Below, in pieces: positions 1 to 9,610 of a stretch of DNA of 64,000 nt. A program made the position numbers and the translations under genes. Source of the stretch: a virus (taxonomy: Duplodnaviria > Caudoviricetes); IMG/VR virus record IMGVR_UViG_3300025383_000009; one strand, given 5' to 3'. The notes under the pieces are model-generated. The model did no database searches. It saw only the letters and a list, made by a program, of their open reading frames with translations, and had not been told where the DNA came from. Every line of letters starts with the position of its first letter. Position 1 is the first letter of the stretch.

Positions 1-830
1 TTAATACCTAATGTATTAGTATTATAGCCCTTCCATGCTGCACCGCTGATGTTAGTCCATGTAGTACCACCATCAGTACTTTGTTGCCATTGGTATGTTA
101 AGCTATTATAAGCACCAGTTGCAGCAGAAGTTACTGTGAATAATGCATCAACTCCAGCATTTGCTGCAGCTGTAGCGTTAACCGGTTGTGCAGTAATGAT
201 TGTAGTAGCATCAAGTAATACTGAATCGTCAGCTGTACCTGTTGCACCAGAAGCACCTTTAGCTGGGTTAGCATCACCTGTTACTGATTGTGTTTGTGCT
301 GAGCCCATAGCTATTAAGATCTCTGATTTATGACGTACGTTACCGTTAGAGTCTGTATATGATACATACTCAACCCAACCTGGTGTCTTAAGACCACGAC
401 CACGGTTTTCAGCGTTTGAAGCTTCGTCTACGTCTTCGAAGTATAAACCTCTACCGTTGTAGTTATGGTCATTAACGTTAGCTTCACCAGTACGTTGTAG
501 TGTTTGAACGCCAACACCAGCACCTGTTAAGTTAACTTTACCTGTAGCACCACCCGCGATAGCATTAGCTTGTGTATCATAAAGACTGATAATACCTGAT
601 GTAGCTGTAAGACCTACATAGTAAGTTTTACCGTCTGTTAAGCCACCGATGACTGTACCACCATTGATTGAATATACAACACCGTCGCCCTTAGCGAAGT
701 CAGTGTTTGCACCCGTTAAATCTATTGTTTCTGCTGTAGTATTAACAGTCGTTGCACTGTTAAAGTACGCAATCCTTGCGACATACTTAGGCTTTGAAGC
801 CTGATTGTCGTGATTTCCCCATAAAGCCAT
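1..830 (-). CDS. Virion structural protein, partial (runs off left edge); C-terminal Ig-like segment
   Basis: Not in ORF track. Manual translation from ATG at 830 gives MALWGNHDNQASKPK...TAQPVNATAAA...LTYQWQQSTDGGTTWTNI, open to position 1. Late promoter at 856-863. Confidence 0.75.
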   Translation of the reverse strand, partial: MALWGNHDNQASKPKYVARIAYFNSATTVNTTAETIDLTGANTDFAKGDGVVYSINGGTVIGGLTDGKTYYVGLTATSGIISLYDTQANAIAGGATGKVNLTGAGVGVQTLQRTGEANVNDHNYNGRGLYFEDVDEASNAENRGRGLKTPGWVEYVSYTDSNGNVRHKSEILIAMGSAQTQSVTGDANPAKGASGATGTADDSVLLDATTIITAQPVNATAAANAGVDALFTVTSAATGAYNSLTYQWQQSTDGGTTWTNISGAAWKGYNTNTLGI

Positions 831-855
831 TTTATTACTCCTTAATTAGATTAGT

Positions 856-863
856 TATTTATA
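856..863 (-). promoter_or_regulatory. T4-type late promoter TATAAATA
   Basis: Exact TATAAATA on the minus strand upstream of the structural gene starting at 830. Confidence 0.75.
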
Positions 864-3441
864 CTCTAGCACCTGACTTAGATCCCGCTGGTCTGCCACG
901 TCCGCGTTTCTCTTTTGTTTCATCATCAGGTTTCTCATCAGTCTCATCATCTTTTTGATTAGCACCACCATACGCTGTACCTTTAACTAGATTGATATGC
1001 GGATGGCTTGTATCTGGTTTAAACTTAGGATCATACGCTGATTGACTAGCTTGTCTTAACTTCTGAGCGTCTCTTAAGTCATCGATCTTACCTTCATCCA
1101 TAACTGCTAAAGTACCTTTAACGTATGGAGACATTTCTTGTGAAACTTCTTCTTTAACACCAGAAGCTTTATGAATTTTCTCATGAGCTTTGCTTGATTG
1201 ACGTAATGCAGCATCATCAGATCGAGAAGCTTTTCCATCATCCATATTATCATAATGATATCTTTGTTTAAGATGATGAGCTACTGACTTTTCAACATCC
1301 TTACCAATGCCCTTATCACCTAGCTTTTTAGAAGCTCTTGCTAAACCTGTTAATCTATTTTGAAGTGGTTTATGACCATATTTTCCTTGATTATTTTTTC
1401 CACCTTGAATTTCAAGTTCATGTCTTGTAGGTGTTCCACTATCATATGCATCATGTGCTTTATCTTGAGCATCATCCGTAGCTTTATGAGCATATGAACC
1501 TAAAGTCTTTTTAGATAATTCATCAATCTGTGTTAACTTTTCTTCGATGCGTTCTACTTCTTCTTTAGATAATGATTGCATACCACGTTGAGCTAAAGCT
1601 TTAGCACGATCCATACCTTTACCAGGTTCTACTGGTTTCTTGAAGTGAGTATCTGCTTGTTGTGCAGTCTTATGACCGGCAACAATAGCAAGTTCTTTAC
1701 CTGAGATACCATGTTGTTTACCAACTGTCTCATAATCTGTAGGTGTAAACTGTTTATGACTTGAGTAACCCTTCTTGGTAGCATGATCCATCATGTCAGT
1801 ATAGATGTCTTTCATCTTGCCTTCATCGATCTTACCTTCATCCATAACTTGTAGTGTAGCTTTAAGGTATGGTGATATCTCTTGTGAAACTTCTTCTTTA
1901 ACAGGGTTACCAGTCTTAGGATCTAACTTAGTAACTTTACTAAAGTAATGTGAGTGTTGTTTCATTGCATCTGAAGATTTTACTGGTTTAGCCATTGAAT
2001 CATTTTTAGACCAACCGTCTTTAGGAAAACGCATTTCGTCCTCACACATTTCGCCTTCGTTAACACCAGCTGCTTTCATGAACTTAGCATGATCGAAGCG
2101 TGGGTTTTGTTTAGCGAAGATACCTGCATGATGTGTAGCAAGTTCTTTACGTTTCTCTGCAGATTCGTGACCTTTAATAAGATCAGCAACCATTTGGAAG
2201 TCTTTACGTGTAGTAGCTTCTTCTAATTCTACTTCTTCTTTAGCAATCTTCTTGCCAGCTCTTTCTAAACCTGACATCCTGTTAGAAGCACGACGACCAT
2301 GCTCTGATGCTTCTGGAGCATCATCATTTTCTTCTGCATCACGCTCATTATGGATAGACGATGCTAAATCTGATGAAGCTTTCTTAACGTAGTTACCTAA
2401 AGTCTTATTAGATAACTCATCGATCTGTGTTAACTTCTCTTCGATGCGTTCTACTTCTTCTTTGGATAATGATTGCATGCCGCGTTGAGCTAAAGCTTTA
2501 GCACGATCCATTTCATGGCCTTTTTCTACTGGCTTCTTGAAATTTGTAGGATCGTAATGATGTTTAGGATGACCATAGTGTTTATGGAACTCGTCATGAC
2601 CCATGTTTTGTAAGTCATAAGCAAGTTCTTTCATCTTACCTTCATCTAACTGAACGTCTTCTTTTAATTTGTCAACAGCTTTATCATGGCCTTTCTCACG
2701 CTTCCATGCTTGAGATTGGTATTTGCCAGCAAGACTATCCCATGTTTCTTTCTTTCTTGGGTTTCTTGCATGTGCAGCTTTACTCTTAAAGTCTGCAGCT
2801 ACATGTTGTTTGATACGTGCATCATGTGAAGCTTTCTTAGTATATGATGCTAATGTGTCTTTTGATAACTCATCGATCTGTTCTACTTCTTCTTTTTGTA
2901 CTTTAACAGGGTATGTTTTACCTTGGAACTCAAACTCTTTCTTACCCTCTTTATGAGCTGCATGAGCTGCCATACGGAGACCTGATTCGTCTACGTCTGC
3001 CTCTGACATCTTAGCTTTACCAGCTTGTGCAGACCAAGATTCTTTAACATGCTTTTTCTCTAATCTTTCAGCTTTTAATCTATGATACTCAGATGCTCTT
3101 TCATGACCAAAATATGAACCATGTTCTTCTTGATTAGCTGGACTTAAGTGATGTTCACCGGATTCTGATTCATGATGAAAAATTCGTGCTTCATCATGAT
3201 GAGTCTCCATGTGTTTATGATAAGCATGCATGTCACCTTTTTTCTTTGCAGCTTCAGCTTTTTCTTTATGCTTAGTGATCTCATGAGCCCATTTATTAAT
3301 GTCTTTAGCTTCACCATGTTCAGCACCGCTATCATAATCAGATCTCTTTGTAGATAAAGGTTCATGTTTCCAATGAGAATCTTTAATATTCTCCTCATTG
3401 AGCTGTACATTTTCCTTTAAAAAATCATTGAACTTTAACAT
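859..3441 (-). CDS. Large His/Lys-rich repetitive putative internal head (poly)protein
   Basis: N-terminus MLKFNDFLKE resembles the T4 capsid-targeting sequence; recurrent EEVE(Q/R)I(D/E)E linkers and ELSKxTLxxYxKKA modules. Confidence 0.6.
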   Translation of the reverse strand: MLKFNDFLKENVQLNEENIKDSHWKHEPLSTKRSDYDSGAEHGEAKDINKWAHEITKHKEKAEAAKKKGDMHAYHKHMETHHDEARIFHHESESGEHHLSPANQEEHGSYFGHERASEYHRLKAERLEKKHVKESWSAQAGKAKMSEADVDESGLRMAAHAAHKEGKKEFEFQGKTYPVKVQKEEVEQIDELSKDTLASYTKKASHDARIKQHVAADFKSKAAHARNPRKKETWDSLAGKYQSQAWKREKGHDKAVDKLKEDVQLDEGKMKELAYDLQNMGHDEFHKHYGHPKHHYDPTNFKKPVEKGHEMDRAKALAQRGMQSLSKEEVERIEEKLTQIDELSNKTLGNYVKKASSDLASSIHNERDAEENDDAPEASEHGRRASNRMSGLERAGKKIAKEEVELEEATTRKDFQMVADLIKGHESAEKRKELATHHAGIFAKQNPRFDHAKFMKAAGVNEGEMCEDEMRFPKDGWSKNDSMAKPVKSSDAMKQHSHYFSKVTKLDPKTGNPVKEEVSQEISPYLKATLQVMDEGKIDEGKMKDIYTDMMDHATKKGYSSHKQFTPTDYETVGKQHGISGKELAIVAGHKTAQQADTHFKKPVEPGKGMDRAKALAQRGMQSLSKEEVERIEEKLTQIDELSKKTLGSYAHKATDDAQDKAHDAYDSGTPTRHELEIQGGKNNQGKYGHKPLQNRLTGLARASKKLGDKGIGKDVEKSVAHHLKQRYHYDNMDDGKASRSDDAALRQSSKAHEKIHKASGVKEEVSQEMSPYVKGTLAVMDEGKIDDLRDAQKLRQASQSAYDPKFKPDTSHPHINLVKGTAYGGANQKDDETDEKPDDETKEKRGRGRPAGSKSGARV
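1530..2520 (-). repeat. Internal near-identical DNA duplication within the 860-aa gene (about 1530-1620 vs about 2410-2515)
   Basis: Both copies encode MDRAKALAQRGMQSLSKEEVERIEEKLTQIDELS. Confidence 0.85.
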
Positions 3442-3442
3442 A

Positions 3443-6166
3443 TTAATATCCCTCTCTTCTTAGTTTTTTAGCGGCATCAATGATGCGTTGGTTATGTTTT
3501 GAAATCTTGCCTTTAATGCCAGCTTTTTCTGCAGGATGTTCTGCTGCTGCATGTTGTTTATGAAGCTCATGAGCATGTGTCAATGACTTACCCATATAGT
3601 CTGTCCACTTTTCATCAGTAGGCATGTTTGCTTCTGCGACTCTTTCTATGTCTGCAGTCCTGATACCAAACATCTTACGATGTTGAGATTTATGTTTACC
3701 ATACTTCTTAAAGTATTTGAGGCTATCTAAGTTTTTCATATCGTCCTCAACGTTCTTTGTTAAGAAGCCTTCTTTCATACCCATCATCTTTTTCTTTTGT
3801 TCTGCATCCTTCTTAGGAGTCTCTATGCCTTTATCAGCAGGGTTGTTTTGACCTGTAAAAGCTCTCTGTGCAACTTCTCTATTCTTAAAAAAGTTAGCAA
3901 GTACTTTATGACCTCTTGACTCTTCAACTTCTTCCTTCTTCATGACTTTAGATTGTGTCTTAACTTGCATGGTTTTAGGTTTAACTTGTGATCCTGGAAT
4001 ACCATCATGATGATGGGCTTCTGTTAATGATTTATGCGGTACAGATGTCTTTTGTGTACCATATGAACCACCATGGAAGTGTACTGTATCATTGTCACGT
4101 GTAGCTTTCCATTTACGACCTGTCTCATCTTTAAATGAATGAGATTCACCATGTTTTAACTTAGCGATTGGCTCATGGTGTTCAGGATGTAGTGGGATCG
4201 AGAATGATTTACCGTGGTTAACAGTCTTCATTGTACCCCAATCATACTTACGTGATGACACTGTTGCTTCTTCGATATGTTCTACCTCTTCTTTTTGTGT
4301 GCCAAGCTTCTTAGTAGCACGGTCAATACCAGCGATACGTTTGTTTGCTTTCTTAAAGTCTGCATAAGACTTCTTAGAGTGTTTCTCTGCAGCTTCCCAG
4401 TCACCAGCTCTTGTATAGTGTGATGCCCATTCTCCAGCTTCTTTACCTGCATAAGTATGGGAACCAACATCTCTTGATGCTTTAGGAATGTATCTCATAA
4501 GTGTTGACTTAGATACTTCATCGATCTGTACTGATTCACCAATAGTATGAGCTAACTTATGTCTTTTAGCAAATTTTTGTGCTTGTTCAACATGATCTGC
4601 ATGTCCATGAAATTTACCTGATTTATCAATATTATTTTTAATATGATTTAAATCGCGTGACATCACTTTAACATTAAAATTAGATTTGTTATGATCCAAT
4701 TCTTTATCTACAGCATCATGAAATTTAGCAGGTTCATGAAATGTAATAGATTTTGCTTCATCGATCTGCTCTTCTTTAAGTGATCTCTCTGCACGCTCAT
4801 CACCTTTAACTCTATTTGATAGCTTACGCATATCATCTTTAGCAGTCTTCTTATAAGGGCTTTGATGGATAGCATAAGCACGATTCACGTCCTTAGCAGC
4901 TTTATCTCTGTAAGATTGGTATGTGCTCTTCTTTAACTCGTCAAGGTTAACTACTTCTTCTTTAGTTAATTTTTGTTTAGGTGTAACTGTTTGTCCTGCA
5001 GTTGCAGCATCATAAGCTTGACGTATAGTCTTATACTTAGATGGGCCACCTTCAACTGGAACTCCATTTCGTGTTGCACCACCACCTGCTTGTACTTTAA
5101 TTGGTTTAGTAGCGACCATCTTCTTAGTGATAGGATCGTATACTTTAGATTCGTCTAACTCTACGTCTTCTTTAGCGAGTTTTTGTTTTGCTTTATAAAC
5201 ACCATCTGCACGATTAAGATACTTCTTATCAAGATGTTTCATTTCAGGTGTATCATCAGAGAATTTACCATGTGTTTTGTCTCTAATATCTCTGAGTTTA
5301 GAATAGTTTTGTTGATACTTATCTTCTTCCTTCTCAGCTTTCTTAACATAAGAACCTAAAGTCTTCTTTGAGATCTCGTCGATTTGTTCAACTTCTTCTT
5401 TTAATTTAGCTACTCTATGTTTGTGCATCTTAACTATATCACCGCTAGCAGTTTTAATATGCCACATATCACCAGTACGTTCTTTTGATGAACCAACAAC
5501 TGTGCCGTGTTTACCAGAATCAAGACCAGAACCAGCTAATACAGCAGCTTTATGACCAACTGCTACTTTAGCATCACGATCGATAGGGCCATGTTCATAT
5601 CCTTCTTTAAAATCTTTAACTTCTTTTTTCTTTTGTGTTAAAGGGATAGGAGGATTTAAAACCTTTTTCTTGTCAACTACATCTGTACCGATACCTTTAT
5701 ACTCAATAGCTTCTGAAAGGTGTGCATCACATGATTTATGTGGACACTTATTAACATGATGCATGAAGTTTTGTGCATGTTCTTTTGATGGGAATTTAAA
5801 GAATACACCTTTATCAGATCCACCTGCATGTTCACCACCATGTTGTTTAACACCAGCCATGACATGCTCTACATCTTTTTCATGTGGTTGTTCATCGTAC
5901 TTAGAACCATCAGATACATGTACTAAATGCTCTTCTTTAGCTTCTCTCATGTCAACTTCTGCTGTAGAATTTTGTGATACTGCAGCTGACTCTTCTCTTT
6001 GTTTAGAATAGTATGCTGCGAGTGCCATTTGTTTACGCTTTGCAGCAGACTTACCTGCAAACTTAGGATTATCTGAGTGTACAAAGTCATCTATCCACTT
6101 ACCAGCTGGTGTGGACTTGGTTAAGATCTCATCTAGTCTTTGTGTTAGGTCTTTGTACGACTTCAT
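3443..6166 (-). CDS. Large His/Lys-rich repetitive putative internal head (poly)protein
   Basis: N-terminus MKSYKDLTQRLDE; repeats EEVEQIDEISKKTLGSYVKKA, NLDELKKSTYQSYRDKA, QIDEVSKSTLMRYIPKA. Confidence 0.6.
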   Translation of the reverse strand: MKSYKDLTQRLDEILTKSTPAGKWIDDFVHSDNPKFAGKSAAKRKQMALAAYYSKQREESAAVSQNSTAEVDMREAKEEHLVHVSDGSKYDEQPHEKDVEHVMAGVKQHGGEHAGGSDKGVFFKFPSKEHAQNFMHHVNKCPHKSCDAHLSEAIEYKGIGTDVVDKKKVLNPPIPLTQKKKEVKDFKEGYEHGPIDRDAKVAVGHKAAVLAGSGLDSGKHGTVVGSSKERTGDMWHIKTASGDIVKMHKHRVAKLKEEVEQIDEISKKTLGSYVKKAEKEEDKYQQNYSKLRDIRDKTHGKFSDDTPEMKHLDKKYLNRADGVYKAKQKLAKEDVELDESKVYDPITKKMVATKPIKVQAGGGATRNGVPVEGGPSKYKTIRQAYDAATAGQTVTPKQKLTKEEVVNLDELKKSTYQSYRDKAAKDVNRAYAIHQSPYKKTAKDDMRKLSNRVKGDERAERSLKEEQIDEAKSITFHEPAKFHDAVDKELDHNKSNFNVKVMSRDLNHIKNNIDKSGKFHGHADHVEQAQKFAKRHKLAHTIGESVQIDEVSKSTLMRYIPKASRDVGSHTYAGKEAGEWASHYTRAGDWEAAEKHSKKSYADFKKANKRIAGIDRATKKLGTQKEEVEHIEEATVSSRKYDWGTMKTVNHGKSFSIPLHPEHHEPIAKLKHGESHSFKDETGRKWKATRDNDTVHFHGGSYGTQKTSVPHKSLTEAHHHDGIPGSQVKPKTMQVKTQSKVMKKEEVEESRGHKVLANFFKNREVAQRAFTGQNNPADKGIETPKKDAEQKKKMMGMKEGFLTKNVEDDMKNLDSLKYFKKYGKHKSQHRKMFGIRTADIERVAEANMPTDEKWTDYMGKSLTHAHELHKQHAAAEHPAEKAGIKGKISKHNQRIIDAAKKLRREGY

Positions 6167-6168
6167 TC

Positions 6169-6627
6169 TTATTCTCCGGGTTTCTTAATTTGTTTTAATG
6201 ATGCGAGGATTTGCCATTCCCACATCTTATGTTTATCCATACGGTCTGCTACAAAGTTAGCAAGGCCTTGTTGTTTTTCTCTTGTAGCATCATCAAATAG
6301 CTCTGTCAATACGTGTAGTATCTCTGTGTTTGCATGTAGTAAGTTAACTAACATCTCACTGATGTTTTCAGGCTTAACTTTATCTTCCTCTATAGTCTTA
6401 TAGCTATGGATCTCTTCAAGGCTGATAGGTGCATACACATCAAGCTTACGCAAGTTCTCTGCAAATGGGTCTACAGCTCCATAGGTGTCTTCATAGATCT
6501 TTTGGAAGAACTTATGGTACTGACTAAAGAACATCCCTTCCACGTTCCAATGGTATGAATGACTCTTGAAGTACATACAAAACGTATTACCCAATGCAAC
6601 CTTCAACGTAGCGATTAGCTTTTCCAT
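6169..6627 (-). CDS. dps: Dps/ferritin-like DNA-binding protein
   Basis: HSYHWNVEG, YHKFF and AVDPFAENL ferroxidase-type residues; start moved to MEKLIATLK at 6627 to avoid overlap. Confidence 0.9.
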   Translation of the reverse strand: MEKLIATLKVALGNTFCMYFKSHSYHWNVEGMFFSQYHKFFQKIYEDTYGAVDPFAENLRKLDVYAPISLEEIHSYKTIEEDKVKPENISEMLVNLLHANTEILHVLTELFDDATREKQQGLANFVADRMDKHKMWEWQILASLKQIKKPGE

Positions 6628-6629
6628 AT

Positions 6630-8402
6630 TTATTTTCTCTCGGTTTGCTGTCTCATCCATGAATCATAATCTAGGAGAGTATTAAGGTTTTCTTTTTTAA
6701 TCTTCTTTTCAAAGAAAGCACTAAAGCCTTTGCCTTTTTGTTTATTTGGTTCATCATCTGCTGGTGGTGCCATATTAGCTGGTAGTGGTACAACCTTAGT
6801 AACCTTTTGGCCTTCTACTTCACCGTCTGCCGACTCCTGTGTATACTCGCCGTCTTTTGTGATGTAGCATTCTTTACCGTACTTCTTACCAGCTGCTCCA
6901 GCTTCTCCTCTTGATTTATGAGGGCCAGATAAGATATCGTTTGACGCTGTACATCTTACGTAGTAACCAGCTTCGTGTTCAGGTTTGATCTGTACACCTG
7001 CTGTCTCGTTCTTTGTCATCACAGACTCAGTAGCATACATGACTTTACGTCTACGTAGGTGACGATCTGTCTCTAGTGTATGACCAACTTCGGTATGTTT
7101 ATGGAACGGGTACTTTTGTAAATCATCGATCTGCTGTGAGATGTTAGGGTCTAAGACTTGCTTGATCTCTTTGTCATCAGGTATGATGCCTTGGTTCATC
7201 TTATGTAGTTTCATGAAGTCAGAGTATCTTAATACGTCTTGAGCTATGTTATAGGTGTTAGATACGCCTTCCTTGATAGTCATCTTATCAAGCTCGGCTT
7301 TATGTTTTTCCCAATGTTCTTTGTGAGAATCAAAGCATCCTAGTTTCTCTAGTGATTCTCTTGACTTCTTATGAGCTTCTTGAGCATCCTTAACATGTTT
7401 AAAGCCATATAGTTCTGGCTTGGACGGGTCGAAGTCATAGATCTTAAGGTATGCATCAGTTGTCTTGATAGCATTTAACATAGCAACTGGATCTGTAGCT
7501 TTGTCCATAGTTAGTTTAAAGGCTTTTGAGCCTTGTGGACAATGATGCATATTAGTTGTCGTGTAGCCTTTGTAGGAGATCTCATGACCTTCGTTGACCT
7601 CTACTTGCTCAGGCACACAGTTAGGGACTGTCTTACCATTTTTCTTTTTAAGGCCGATAGCCTTGTAGCCTTTCCAACATGCTTTAGATAGGGACTTAGC
7701 TTCTACTAATGACACATCCTTCACCCATTTCCTATGTAAGGTGCCAGTGTTATCAACTACGACTAGGTAGTTTGATCCACGGTCCATGATCTCGTACTGA
7801 TGACCAGCAGACTCAACGATGTCACCCACATGGTAGATCTCACCTTTAAAGTACTTCTCTCTAAGTATGTCTACTGAGAACTTGATATCTTCTTTGATTA
7901 GTTCAAGACCTTGGACTTGTCTCATCTCGTTCATGATCCTACGAGCGTCAAGTTCACGTACCATTGATGGCAGTTGTTTCTTAAACGATGTAAAGTCACC
8001 CTTGGTGACCATTGATTTGATCTTTGAGAAGTCAACGTCATTGCCTGTGGTGACAACGTTCATTGACTCGTATAGCTTGGCTTTATCTTCTGAAGCAACT
8101 ACGATGACATCCTTGTACCTCTTCTTAAGAGCTGTTAGTTCAGAAGCAAAGTTTGACTCGTTCAATGCCTTAAAGTTCATTGAACCAAACATCATCTCAA
8201 GGAAGTGTAGCTTACGATCTACTGGTAGGCTATCCTTGTCTTCTGTAACATAGATTATGTGGTCGGCAGAGTTTGACTCAACTAGCTTATGGACTAGCTT
8301 AAGAGTCATCTCAGTGACCGAGGTAGGCGGGTTAAAGCTTCCGACTGTCATGATGACGGTCTTAGAAGGCAATTCCCGTATGAGTTGTCTATAGTTCTTC
8401 AT
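6630..8402 (-). CDS. Cytidylyltransferase-like (HIGH-family) protein with degenerate HxGH motif and appended modules
   Basis: VGSFNPPTSVTE where the paralog has GRMNPPTTGH; later LREKYFKGEIYHVGD and CWKGY...VPNCVP modules; N-terminus MKNYRQLIRE. Confidence 0.7.
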   Translation of the reverse strand: MKNYRQLIRELPSKTVIMTVGSFNPPTSVTEMTLKLVHKLVESNSADHIIYVTEDKDSLPVDRKLHFLEMMFGSMNFKALNESNFASELTALKKRYKDVIVVASEDKAKLYESMNVVTTGNDVDFSKIKSMVTKGDFTSFKKQLPSMVRELDARRIMNEMRQVQGLELIKEDIKFSVDILREKYFKGEIYHVGDIVESAGHQYEIMDRGSNYLVVVDNTGTLHRKWVKDVSLVEAKSLSKACWKGYKAIGLKKKNGKTVPNCVPEQVEVNEGHEISYKGYTTTNMHHCPQGSKAFKLTMDKATDPVAMLNAIKTTDAYLKIYDFDPSKPELYGFKHVKDAQEAHKKSRESLEKLGCFDSHKEHWEKHKAELDKMTIKEGVSNTYNIAQDVLRYSDFMKLHKMNQGIIPDDKEIKQVLDPNISQQIDDLQKYPFHKHTEVGHTLETDRHLRRRKVMYATESVMTKNETAGVQIKPEHEAGYYVRCTASNDILSGPHKSRGEAGAAGKKYGKECYITKDGEYTQESADGEVEGQKVTKVVPLPANMAPPADDEPNKQKGKGFSAFFEKKIKKENLNTLLDYDSWMRQQTERK

Positions 8403-8988
8403 TTTTTGTCGCCAGTTTTTTGCTTAATATTGTTGCTGCTATTTTAGCTTTAGTTTCTTCAGACCTTGGCACTCCTTTAAATGCTGCAGATATTTTAGCT
8501 TTAGTTTCTGCGGAACGTGGAGATCCTTTTACCCAAGGGCATGATTTACCTCTTTTAGCTTCTGACATTTTCTGTTTTGTTTGTTCAGCAATAATTTTGC
8601 CTTTAGCTGAATTAGACATATTTGTTCTTTGTTTTTCAGTATAAATTTTACCTAATTTAGCTTTAGATTGTTTTTCTCTTGTTAACTTAGTAACTATTAT
8701 ACCGCTAGTACCTTCTCCACCATCTGTCATATTATATAATAACCCGGTTCCAAGATCTTTACGACCCCACCAACGGATCATACGACGTTCAAGAGCTAAA
8801 GCTCCAATCTCAGTAAGATTAGTTTCTAGTAGTATTATTTTATTCTTGTCTTTAGGCACTTTAATTCGGCCGTGTGTTTCATACGCACGATCGTTTTTAC
8901 CCTTACCAATATAGTAAGGAATGCCTTTTTTACTTAGATAGGCATATATGTAATATATAGTGCCTAATGGGCTGGGTTTATTCTTCAT
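8389..8988 (-). mobile_element. Free-standing GIY-YIG homing endonuclease with NUMOD3-like repeats
   Basis: YYIYAY...YYIGKG, conserved R and E, YNMTDGGEG, C-terminal RSxETKAKI repeats. Confidence 0.9.
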
Positions 8989-9017
8989 TTAAATCCATCT
9001 ATATAAAAGTATATTAT

Positions 9018-9025
9018 TATTTATA
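9018..9025 (-). promoter_or_regulatory. Late promoter TATAAATA
   Basis: Exact motif upstream of the GIY-YIG gene. Confidence 0.7.
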
Positions 9026-9272
9026 CTACAGAAAGTATCGTTTTTGTAATATTCACGACCCATCTTGCAGTTACCTCATCTTGTGCAAGCTCTGCGTTAG
9101 CTTGGACGTTACCAATCTCGGTAACTAGATCCTTATACTCTACGTCTGTAAGTATGCCATCATTGTATTGCTCTGTGATGTCATGTAACTGTTGAGCTAA
9201 TGCGCCTTTGATTCCCGGCTCTGCCATGGCAGATCTTAATTCGGTTAAAACACTCATGATCTTCCTTTCCAT
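9021..9272 (-). CDS. Hypothetical protein
   Basis: Fits operon packing; no motif recognised. Confidence 0.65.
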   Translation of the reverse strand: MERKIMSVLTELRSAMAEPGIKGALAQQLHDITEQYNDGILTDVEYKDLVTEIGNVQANAELAQDEVTARWVVNITKTILSVV

Positions 9273-9610
9273 GCTGACTCAATCACTTGAAGACGAGTCC
9301 TATTAAGTTTAATGGTGGCTTCACAGTATGCTGGGCTTCCGTCTCTAGCTTTTTGTGCTGCGATGTAGAACTCAGTTACTGCCTTCTGTTGAGGGTCATC
9401 CCTCCATGCTGTATATACATCCAACCAACGGGCATCCTCAATAAGCTTTGCCCAGTCAACTTCTTTCTTATCATTGCAAGATACCTTCTCAATATCTACT
9501 TTAAGGTCTGTAAGCTTGGCTGCTTCTGCAGTATCATGATGCTTGGGTAGTAGGTTAGTTATAGCACACCCATTCAATAGTAGTACACTTACTAATAGTA
9601 GTCTCTTCAT
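9254..9610 (-). CDS. Putative lipoprotein
   Basis: MKRLLLVSVLLLNGC signal peptide with lipobox-like LNGC. Confidence 0.65.
   Translation of the reverse strand: MKRLLLVSVLLLNGCAITNLLPKHHDTAEAAKLTDLKVDIEKVSCNDKKEVDWAKLIEDARWLDVYTAWRDDPQQKAVTEFYIAAQKARDGSPAYCEATIKLNRTRLQVIESAWKGRS

Noticed and set aside
1530-2520. Repeats in the polyprotein genes as a CRISPR array or DGR template
   Set aside because: They are in-frame coding duplications with synonymous changes, without regular spacers, A-specific mismatches or a reverse transcriptase gene.
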